DNA of 11,052 nucleotides from Candidatus Iainarchaeum sp. (lineage in GTDB: Archaea > Iainarchaeota > Iainarchaeia > Iainarchaeales > VGJJ01): contig JAUYHT010000005.1 in the NCBI GenBank assembly GCA_030688545.1, positions 1 to 11,052 on the forward strand, read 5' to 3'. How positions within the stretch are numbered: the first letter of the stretch is position 1; every line of letters starts with the position of its first letter. Below, in pieces: positions 1 to 6,987 of the stretch. The translations under genes were made by a program, and so were the position numbers. Under the pieces are notes generated by a model. That model was not told where the DNA came from. It saw nothing but the letters and a program-made list of their open reading frames with translations, and ran no database searches.

Positions 1-1
1 G

Positions 2-2851
2 GATGTGAATGCCTGCCGGGCCAACCAGACGTTTTCCTCCTGCTTTCCCGATGCCAATGTAAGCCAAGTAACCGCGGGCACTCCCATCCCTAACTCCGCT
101 ACTCCCGTGCACGGCCGCCGAATATTCTTCAAGCAACAACCCTCCTCCCAATGCACCGACACCTTCCTCTCGCATCCGGGGGGATGGAATGATCTTTTCA
201 TGCAGGGCCCTGACGCGCGGTTTCAAGGATCGCCGGATGTGAACATTGTTCTGGATGTCAATGTCACCCCGGACGGGCCTTACTATTGTGACCAGAATAT
301 TTCTGTTACTTTATCCATCACCGCCAATGCCGGCACACGCAAACCGGTGGATGTGATGGTGGTGTTCGACAAATCAGGAAGCATGAGTTGGGGGGGCCAA
401 CTCTCGACTTCCGATGCTCTCGGTATCGCCCTCTCAACAAGCACCGCGCTTATCGCGGACAGCTCGGGGGGGTTGCGGGATATCAATGTTGCCAACCCCG
501 GCCTGCCCATGTTCTTCGACACCTATAATTCTCCCGGAATCGGCCGGGATGTGGACGCTTTCGGAAACTATGCGTATCTCGCGGACGGCACGCAAGGATT
601 AAGGGTCGTTGGCATCTCAAACCCCATCAATATCTTTCCAGTGGCCCAGGTGGATGTGGGAGGGGGCGCTTATGGGGTCGCGGCGGAGGGCGATAAAACC
701 TATGTGGTCACGTTTTCGTCGTCCAATGTGGATGAAAGCATGACCGCCGGTACCAACCAGGTCCTGGTGATTGGACGCAATGCGTCCAACCTATTCGCCG
801 CCCAATCCTTCATCCCCAGCGTGGATTTCGTGAGCGGCGCCATGGCATACGTGCGCCGAGTAGGCAACCCTATTGGTAATCTGGAGGTGAATATCCGCGC
901 CACGCTCAATGGGCCTAACTTAGGCACCGCTACGTTATCCCCTGGAAGCCTATCGGCTTCCTACCAAAGCGCTATCGTCTCTTTTCCATCCATCATCCCC
1001 CTCACGAGTGGTTCCACCTACTATTTGGTGCTCACCACCCCCTCTACTAATAATTCCAATTATTACCAATGGGGCGCACGCAATGGCAATGCTTATTCCA
1101 GGGGGAACGCCTACCAAAATACATCCTCCCAGAATTGGGATGCCCGTTTTCAAACGCATTTTATTGATGGATTAATTGTATTGGATACCAGCACCCCCAC
1201 TTCGCCGACTATCATTGGAGCGGCTAGTCTGGATGACGGGTGGCGGGTGTGGGTGGATGGTGGCTATGCCTATGTTGCTGATGGAATCTCGGGAATGCGT
1301 ATTTTTGACGTGACCCAAAACACTCCCCAGGAGGTGGGTTTTTACAACACATCCGGCTACGCCTATGAAGTCAGTGTGGACTACCCTTATGCGTTCGTCT
1401 CCGACGGTCTGGCGGGGGTGAGGTTCTTTGACATCTCTAATCCTTCTTCTCCCAACCTTCTCAGCACGTATAACACTCCCGGCACGGCCTACGCGGCAAG
1501 GGCAGATGGCACCATTCTTTATGTGGCCGATGGAAGTTCCCTGCAGGTGTTGGATTTCAGCACCATCAATACCCCCGCCTTTATCGATGCCTACACAACC
1601 CCCTACCGCTACCGGGATCTCGAGATAAACAACGGGTGGGCGTACCTCGCGGTCGATAATGCCATCCCCGGGCTCATCACCATTGATTTGTCCCAGGGCC
1701 CCAAAGTGGATCAGGCCATCGTCGCGGCCCAGACATTCATTGATTTCAATGGGTGGAGTGTTCTGCAGGATCAGATGGGGTTGGTTACCTACAACACCCT
1801 TTCGTACCTCGATGAAGTACTGACCTCCAATTTCGCGGCGGTGCGCAACACCATTGGAAACATTGTGGCATTTGGCGGCACCGCCACGGGATCCGCCATC
1901 GACAGGGCCACTAACGAATTACAGAGTGTGCGGGCGAACCCACTCGCATTGAAATTCCAGGTCCTCATGTCGGACGGCCAAACCAATTATGGAACAGACC
2001 CCGACACCGCCGCCATCGCCGCGGCCAATGCTAATATCATCATCTACACGATCGGCTTCGGTGCCGATGCGGATGAAGATGAACTCAAGAGCATCGCCTC
2101 CATTACGGGGGGCCAATACTACTTCGCCTCCGACGCCAATGCGCTCGTGGATATATACGCGCTCATCGCCCAGAACATCCAGAACCTCGCCACGGATGCC
2201 AACATCAGCACCTTCTTCGATCCGGGAACCATTCTTGTGGATGATGGAAATGGTTCCTTCTCCAATGGCACCCTCGTCTTCGACATCAACACTCAACTCC
2301 CACCCCCCTGGATGGCCTCTTACATATTCAATATCCCCTGCGATTCCCAGCTCGCGTGCGAGACGCAGGTCATTTCCATCCCCTCCCCGGGAACCTTTTT
2401 CGAATACATTGACACCAATGGGGAGTCAGTGAGAGTGGATTGGAATGTATTCGTGACGGATATCTTCAACCAACGCGACCTCAACATTCAAATTCATTCC
2501 GGCGACATCCTTTCCCCCGGAAATGTGGATTTAGGAGTGGAAGTGATCAGCGCTGGGACGTTGGATGCGCCTTCTTCCGAAGTGCGTTTCTACCGCGGCC
2601 CACCCACGCAGAATGATGTGCTCGCCTCCCATACGGTTCCTCCATTATGCGGCCAAGCGGACCCGGTGTGCGCTGCATACGCCTATACCTTCACCCAGAA
2701 CCTGGGGGCCGAAGGGGAATTGTATGCTGTGGTGAATCCGGATGGGATCATTCCAGAGTGTTCCTACAACAACGAGGATGTCATCTTCTGCTACGCATTA
2801 CCCAATACTCAATTCTTCACCCTGGATTATTGGGCGTGGTTGCATGAATAA
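2..2851 (+). CDS. Large surface adhesin-like protein, 5' partial. It has a vWA/MIDAS domain split by an LVIVD-repeat beta-propeller, followed by a beta-sandwich region and a CARDB-like C-terminal domain.
   Basis: The reading frame is open to the window edge, and the first 30 aa contain no signal peptide or hydrophobic N-terminus, so the gene probably starts upstream. The GTG at position 5 is only the ORF-caller start. vWA motifs: VDVMVVFDKSGSMSW (DxSxS at D122/S124/S126), GGTATGSAI (T626), LMSDGQTN (D657), IIIYTIGFG and ITGGQYYFASD. LVIVD-type repeats: YAYLADGTQGLRVVGISNP, YAYVADGISGMRIFDVTQ, YAFVSDGLAGVRFFDISNPSSP, LYVADGSSLQVLDFS and AYLAVDNAIPGLITIDLS. The C-terminus (aa ~824-930) ends in AVVNPDGIIPECSYNNEDV, which resembles the CARDB terminal signature. 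The stop TAA is at 2849-2851. Confidence 0.9.
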   Translation, partial: DVNACRANQTFSSCFPDANVSQVTAGTPIPNSATPVHGRRIFFKQQPSSQCTDTFLSHPGGWNDLFMQGPDARFQGSPDVNIVLDVNVTPDGPYYCDQNISVTLSITANAGTRKPVDVMVVFDKSGSMSWGGQLSTSDALGIALSTSTALIADSSGGLRDINVANPGLPMFFDTYNSPGIGRDVDAFGNYAYLADGTQGLRVVGISNPINIFPVAQVDVGGGAYGVAAEGDKTYVVTFSSSNVDESMTAGTNQVLVIGRNASNLFAAQSFIPSVDFVSGAMAYVRRVGNPIGNLEVNIRATLNGPNLGTATLSPGSLSASYQSAIVSFPSIIPLTSGSTYYLVLTTPSTNNSNYYQWGARNGNAYSRGNAYQNTSSQNWDARFQTHFIDGLIVLDTSTPTSPTIIGAASLDDGWRVWVDGGYAYVADGISGMRIFDVTQNTPQEVGFYNTSGYAYEVSVDYPYAFVSDGLAGVRFFDISNPSSPNLLSTYNTPGTAYAARADGTILYVADGSSLQVLDFSTINTPAFIDAYTTPYRYRDLEINNGWAYLAVDNAIPGLITIDLSQGPKVDQAIVAAQTFIDFNGWSVLQDQMGLVTYNTLSYLDEVLTSNFAAVRNTIGNIVAFGGTATGSAIDRATNELQSVRANPLALKFQVLMSDGQTNYGTDPDTAAIAAANANIIIYTIGFGADADEDELKSIASITGGQYYFASDANALVDIYALIAQNIQNLATDANISTFFDPGTILVDDGNGSFSNGTLVFDINTQLPPPWMASYIFNIPCDSQLACETQVISIPSPGTFFEYIDTNGESVRVDWNVFVTDIFNQRDLNIQIHSGDILSPGNVDLGVEVISAGTLDAPSSEVRFYRGPPTQNDVLASHTVPPLCGQADPVCAAYAYTFTQNLGAEGELYAVVNPDGIIPECSYNNEDVIFCYALPNTQFFTLDYWAWLHE

Positions 2852-3845
2852 GCACTCCAATCAACGTGGGGTGCTATTCACCTTCCTCACCTTCCTCCTA
2901 GTGGGGGTGGTCATTTCTCTTGTGGTTTTCTCAGTGAATGTCAACCAACGCACGGCCCGCAACACCATCGACATCTCGGCGCTCAATGCCATCAACGCCA
3001 AATACGACGACATCACGGATGACATTATTACCTTAGACCATCCCATTGGGGTGCCCAGCATCCGTCAACGCATATTCCCTTTTACGTATACTATTGACGC
3101 TAACCGCTTTCATGTCGACCAAACCCTCCCTATTGCCACGGGAAAACTGGGCGCCTACTTCGACCTCATCCATGCCTACCGCCTCTTCGCCATGGACAAA
3201 AATGTCAGCCGCACCTATGATGGGGTGGATGTGATGATTGACCTCCCGCGCCCCCCGGCCTGGGGGGGGACGGCCTCCACGGCTCAATTCAATCTCCTCC
3301 CCCAATGTATCCAATATGCCCTCCGCGACGACACCATGGTGTGGCTAGAAAGCATTTCCCAGTTGGGTTGCTCCAATACCTTCTCGATGAAAGACCAGGT
3401 GGAAAGAGTGGACATCACCCTATCCTTGTTATCCACCGTAGACGACTTCAATGGGGTCGCCTGCTCATTCGACAACACCCCCCAATGCCGCGACGACCCT
3501 TATGACCCCGATTCCCCATTTCCCTACATCCACCTTTCCTTTCAGGATAGCAACTGCGCGCTATGCCCACCCACCTATCCCCTCATCATCCGCGGCCATT
3601 TCGATCCCGAATTCCCAAACACGATTGCTTATTCCTGCGGGGACGCCAATTGTGTATCTTCTCCCATCATAGTGCAATTCAGTGAAGGGGTGCGTGTTAC
3701 CCACGCCGGCACCCCCATTCGACTTGAAATGGACATGACATTTGTCCAGAAAATAGCGACCTTCTATTATCAGGACGCCAACTATAACGTTCGAAAACCG
3801 GGGTTCGACACCTACAAGAGCAATGCGGTGGTGTTCCCGACATGA
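2844..3845 (+). CDS. Type IV pilin-like protein (archaeal class III signal peptide) with a large Cys-rich extracellular domain; candidate minor pilin or adhesin subunit
   Basis: The ATG at 2844 overlaps the upstream stop (ATGAATAA), which suggests translational coupling. The N-terminus MNKHSNQRG/VLFTFLTFLLVGVVISLVVFSV has a short charged leader, R at -2 and G at -1, then about 22 hydrophobic residues. That is the layout of archaeal prepilin-peptidase (PibD/FlaK-type) substrates. There is no Glu at +5, unlike bacterial T4a/Flp pilins. The predicted mature part contains 8 Cys. The 2742 start in the ORF track lies inside the upstream gene and was not used. Confidence 0.7.
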   Translation: MNKHSNQRGVLFTFLTFLLVGVVISLVVFSVNVNQRTARNTIDISALNAINAKYDDITDDIITLDHPIGVPSIRQRIFPFTYTIDANRFHVDQTLPIATGKLGAYFDLIHAYRLFAMDKNVSRTYDGVDVMIDLPRPPAWGGTASTAQFNLLPQCIQYALRDDTMVWLESISQLGCSNTFSMKDQVERVDITLSLLSTVDDFNGVACSFDNTPQCRDDPYDPDSPFPYIHLSFQDSNCALCPPTYPLIIRGHFDPEFPNTIAYSCGDANCVSSPIIVQFSEGVRVTHAGTPIRLEMDMTFVQKIATFYYQDANYNVRKPGFDTYKSNAVVFPT

Positions 3846-4960
3846 AGACTATGGATCTCTTCGCTCTCGCCTTGGCGCTCATCGTGGGGGGCGGGCTCTT
3901 CTACTATCTCATTTACCAACCCTACACCGAAACACCCGCTACGGCCCCCACCTGGACGATTGATGCTCCGTCCTCAGTGGGGGTGGGAGAATCTTTTAAC
4001 CTGACCATCACCCTCACAGGGGGGGATGGCCAGATGCTGACGCTCCAGCAGGACGAAAAGGAGTCCCAATCCCTCTGCTCGGGCGACCCATGTATCGTTT
4101 CATTCCCCCTCCGGTTCGACGCCGCTGGATTACAAATTCTGATTATCCGCCTCGGCCAATCCTTTCGACAAGTGGCAATTCCCGCCACCCAAACGGGACG
4201 CGTGTGCCTCGATGCCACCCTTGAAGGGCAGTGTTCCCAAACCCTTCCTTATCGGTGTTCGAACACCCACCTCATTGTCGATTGTGACAGGTGTGGGTGT
4301 CCAAAAGGGTTGGTGTGCACGAACACCGAATGTGTCGCGCCCCCTTTATCATTAACCATTTCCGCGCTTCTTGTCGACGAGGTGGCCTATTCGACACGCC
4401 CGGTGTCCCTTACCATTACCATCCATAATGACACAGAACATTCCGTGGAGGATATCTTCCTCTTCTTCATCGACGCGCTTGATAATAATATGGTTATCCA
4501 AACCACTCCCCAAACCGCGGTCTTCACCTTGCCTCCGCAAGGCAATCAGTCATTCACATTCTCATTCCGCCTTCCCGAGAATACACAAGCATTACGCGCC
4601 CGCCTGCACGAAAACACACCCCCCTACTCTTCCGATCACGCGCTTGCGACTTCGGAAGATATCCCTATCCACGTGATAATTGACAATGATCCCCCCGCAC
4701 CCCCCACCGGGCTCACATTCCAAAACCCCTATCTTGAATGGGTCGCTTCGATATCCCCCGACACGGAGGTTTACATCATTTACCAACAGGACTTAGCCGC
4801 GGGGGGATTCACTACCTATTCTATATTCGGGGAAACCCCCGACACCCACTATCTCCTTCCCCCCCAACTCGAGGCCCGCGCCTATGTCATCCGCGCGCGA
4901 GATCATGCTGGTAACCTGGGAAGCCCCTCTGACCCCCTCCTGGTTCCCGCCACCCCTTAA
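3842..4960 (+). CDS. N-terminally membrane-anchored surface protein with Ig/CARDB-like modules, an 8-Cys cluster and a C-terminal fibronectin type III-like domain
   Basis: The ATG at 3842 overlaps the upstream TGA (ATGA, 4-nt overlap). The N-terminus MKTMDLFALALALIVGGGLFYYLIY is a single hydrophobic helix with no obvious K/R-G cleavage motif. There are 8 Cys within aa 122-164 (CLDATLEGQCSQTLPYRCSNTHLIVDCDRCGCPKGLVCTNTEC). The C-terminus PPAPPTGLTFQNPYLEWVASISPDTEVYIIYQQD...YVIRARDHAGNLGSPSD looks like an Fn3 domain. Confidence 0.75.
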   Translation: MKTMDLFALALALIVGGGLFYYLIYQPYTETPATAPTWTIDAPSSVGVGESFNLTITLTGGDGQMLTLQQDEKESQSLCSGDPCIVSFPLRFDAAGLQILIIRLGQSFRQVAIPATQTGRVCLDATLEGQCSQTLPYRCSNTHLIVDCDRCGCPKGLVCTNTECVAPPLSLTISALLVDEVAYSTRPVSLTITIHNDTEHSVEDIFLFFIDALDNNMVIQTTPQTAVFTLPPQGNQSFTFSFRLPENTQALRARLHENTPPYSSDHALATSEDIPIHVIIDNDPPAPPTGLTFQNPYLEWVASISPDTEVYIIYQQDLAAGGFTTYSIFGETPDTHYLLPPQLEARAYVIRARDHAGNLGSPSDPLLVPATP

Positions 4961-4965
4961 AAACT
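4957..4965 (+). promoter_or_regulatory. Candidate archaeal TATA box (TTAAAAACT) for a leaderless transcript starting near the ATG at 4985
   Basis: This is the only A/T-rich element in a C-rich context. The octamer TAAAAACT starts exactly 27 nt upstream of the ATG at 4985. The identical octamer sits 27 nt upstream of the ATG at 10519. It overlaps the TAA stop of the upstream gene (4958-4960). Confidence 0.4.
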
Positions 4966-4984
4966 CCAAATCAATTTTTCTCCC

Positions 4985-5494
4985 ATGGAACGTCCCCCGG
5001 CTCCCCCCCACCCTTTCTGGAATGGGTTAACCAAACTCCTCCACCTGCATACCGCCCCCTCGCCAGGAAAGGAGGCTGCCTCTTTTTTACGCCCACCCAT
5101 TTCCACTATTTCACCCCCCCGCCCCGTGCGCGGGCCGTCCATCCCAATACCCACCATACCCCCCCGTCAGCGTTCACTTCTCCCACAAGGGTATGTCTCT
5201 TCCCCCCAAACCCCACCCCCTTCTCCTCTTCCCACACGAACCCGATCACCTAATCCTTCTTCCATGCCGCGCCAGGAGGAAGATCCATTCATCGTCACCG
5301 ACTATGATAAGATTCTCGAACTCGTGAAGAGCCGCCGCGCCATCAAACTGGATGAGATCGCCCGGCTATTAGGGCTCATGGAAGAGAAGGTGGCGCAAGA
5401 ACTCCAAACCCTGGAAGACAATGGTCTAGTCGACGTGAAATACCCCGCATTCGGGGAACCCATCATCCTCTACAAAGAACCCGTGGCTCGGTGA
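4985..5494 (+). CDS. Small winged-helix (wHTH) DNA-binding protein, with a Pro-rich low-complexity N-terminal extension if the 4985 start is real; the alternative start at 5264 gives a 76-aa wHTH-only protein
   Basis: The C-terminal 75 aa (DYDKILELVKSRRAIKLDEIARLLGLMEEKVAQELQTLEDNGLVDVKYPAFGEPIILY) have an HTH-plus-wing pattern. The stop at 5492-5494 lies 4 nt before the ATPase start. The first 93 codons are Pro/Ser/Thr-rich and read from a C-rich, G-poor tract, so they could be non-coding. The TATA-like box at -27 favours 4985. A mini hairpin plus T6 at 5072-5088 inside the ORF argues against it. Confidence 0.55.
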   Translation: MERPPAPPHPFWNGLTKLLHLHTAPSPGKEAASFLRPPISTISPPRPVRGPSIPIPTIPPRQRSLLPQGYVSSPQTPPPSPLPTRTRSPNPSSMPRQEEDPFIVTDYDKILELVKSRRAIKLDEIARLLGLMEEKVAQELQTLEDNGLVDVKYPAFGEPIILYKEPVAR

Positions 5495-5498
5495 AAAA

Positions 5499-6983
5499 AT
5501 GGCGACCCTGGACTCCTACCAAATCCCCTCCTCCATCCCCCTGCAAATTGATATCCGCACGGAGGAAAATGAGTTCGTCAACATCTACCACCTCCACACC
5601 CCCCGCGTGGGTTTGGGAACACGTGCCCTCCTCAATGACCTCAAATCCAGGATCATCTCGGAAGTGAACATCTCATCCGAAAAGATGCTCGACGCCAAAT
5701 TCGTGGGGGAACTCCGCACCCAATTCAGCGAAAAAGCCGAGGAACTCCTGTTGAAGGAATTACCCACCCTCTCAACCCTGGAAAGGAAACAGCTCGCGGC
5801 CATATTGCTCAATGAGATGGTGGGGTTAGGGCCCATCGAATTCCTATTGGATGACGGAAACCTCGAGGAAATCGTGGTGAACTCCGCCCAAGAACCCATA
5901 TGGGTGTACCACAAGAAACACGGGTGGCTGAAAACCAACATCACCCTCCACCCGGAGGCGGAGATACAGAACTATGCCAGCATCATTGCTCGGCGCGTGG
6001 GCAAACAAGTCACCATCCTCAACCCTCTTCTGGATGCCCACCTCATCACGGGGGACCGGGCCAACTCCACCCTCTTCCCTATATCATCACGCGGCAACAC
6101 CCTCACCATCCGCCGATTCCGCCGCGACCCTTGGACGGTAACGGATTTCAATTCAAGCAAAACCTCCACTCCTGAACTCATGGCCCTCATCTGGCTGGCC
6201 ATGGAATACGAACTGAACATCATCGTCTCCGGGGGAACAGGGAGTGGAAAGACCACCTTGTTGAATGTCATGCTCCCCTTCATCCAACCCAATCAGCGCG
6301 TGATTACTATAGAAGACACTCGTGAACTTTCTCTTCCCGACTTTTTACACTGGGTGCCCATGACGACGCGTGAGCCAAACTCGGAGGGCAAAGGATCCAT
6401 CACCATGTTGGATTTGCTCGTGAACTCATTGCGAATGCGCCCCGACCGAATTATTGTGGGGGAAATCCGACGCCAAAGGGAAGCGGAAGTGATGTTCGAA
6501 GCCATGCACACCGGACACTCCGTATATGCCACGGTGCACGCCAATACGGCAGAAGAAACCATTAATCGTCTCGTCAGCCCGCCCATTGAGATTGCCCCCG
6601 CCCTCTTGGAAGCGGTGCACCTGAATGTGGTGATGTTCCGCAACCGGCGATTGGGGGTGCGCCGTATCCTTCAACTGGCGGAGTTCGTTCCCATGAAGAC
6701 GGGGAGCGAAGGCAAAACCCAACTGAAACCCAATATCCTCTACCGCTGGCGCGCCGCCAATGATTCCATCGAGAAATACGCCGAAAGCATTCGCCTCTAC
6801 GACGAATTGGCTTTACACACGGGCTACACCCACCAGGAGATCAACCAAAACCTGGTGGAGAAAAAGAAGATCCTCGACTGGATGGGCACCCAAAAGTTGC
6901 GCGACATCAATGACGTAGGGAAGGTGATGGCTCAATACTACAGTGACCCCGATGCCATCCTCAAACGAGCCGGGGTGAAATGA
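5499..6983 (+). CDS. Type II/IV secretion-system ATPase of the FlaI/ArlI / PilB / TadA(CpaF) superfamily (T2SSE); the assembly motor of the pilus-like apparatus
   Basis: Walker A is SGGTGSGKTT (nt 6231-6257). The Asp box is VITIEDTRELSL. Walker B is RPDRIIVGEIR (from nt 6438). The His box is MHTGHSVYATVHAN. The upstream segment ANSTLFPISSRGNTLTIRRF and LIWLAMEYELNIIVSG resemble archaeal FlaI-type sequences (compare PRGSSFTIRKF and LWLAIEHKFSAIVVG, recalled from memory). Confidence 0.95.
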   Translation: MATLDSYQIPSSIPLQIDIRTEENEFVNIYHLHTPRVGLGTRALLNDLKSRIISEVNISSEKMLDAKFVGELRTQFSEKAEELLLKELPTLSTLERKQLAAILLNEMVGLGPIEFLLDDGNLEEIVVNSAQEPIWVYHKKHGWLKTNITLHPEAEIQNYASIIARRVGKQVTILNPLLDAHLITGDRANSTLFPISSRGNTLTIRRFRRDPWTVTDFNSSKTSTPELMALIWLAMEYELNIIVSGGTGSGKTTLLNVMLPFIQPNQRVITIEDTRELSLPDFLHWVPMTTREPNSEGKGSITMLDLLVNSLRMRPDRIIVGEIRRQREAEVMFEAMHTGHSVYATVHANTAEETINRLVSPPIEIAPALLEAVHLNVVMFRNRRLGVRRILQLAEFVPMKTGSEGKTQLKPNILYRWRAANDSIEKYAESIRLYDELALHTGYTHQEINQNLVEKKKILDWMGTQKLRDINDVGKVMAQYYSDPDAILKRAGVK

Positions 6984-6987
6984 CTAT

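Noticed and set aside
1919-2432. Overlapping ORFs 1919-2296 (-) of 125 aa and 1989-2432 (+) of 147 aa, and similar 60-125 aa ORFs throughout 283-8819 on both strands (for example 5585-5944 -, 5972-6292 -, 6293-6643 -, 8130-8507 -, 8067-8384 +)
   Set aside because: All lie entirely inside long + strand genes that carry clear domain motifs (vWA, Walker A/B, T2SSF). Their translations are low-complexity R/P/G/S-rich, typical of shadow ORFs in GC-rich DNA. None has a start context or recognisable motif.
2742-2843. Upstream extension of the pilin-like ORF (ORF-track start at 2742)
   Set aside because: The extension lies wholly within the 3' end of the vWA-propeller gene in another frame. The ATG at 2844 gives a textbook charged-leader/hydrophobic N-terminus and an overlapping stop-start arrangement.
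5065-5088. AAGGAGG as a ribosome-binding site, and GAGG-CTG-CCTC plus T6 as a bacterial-type intrinsic terminator
   Set aside because: No ATG/GTG/TTG start lies 5-10 nt downstream of the AAGGAGG in an open frame. The stem is only 4 bp with a 3-nt loop, too weak to call. It is kept only as an argument in the start-codon ambiguity of the wHTH gene.
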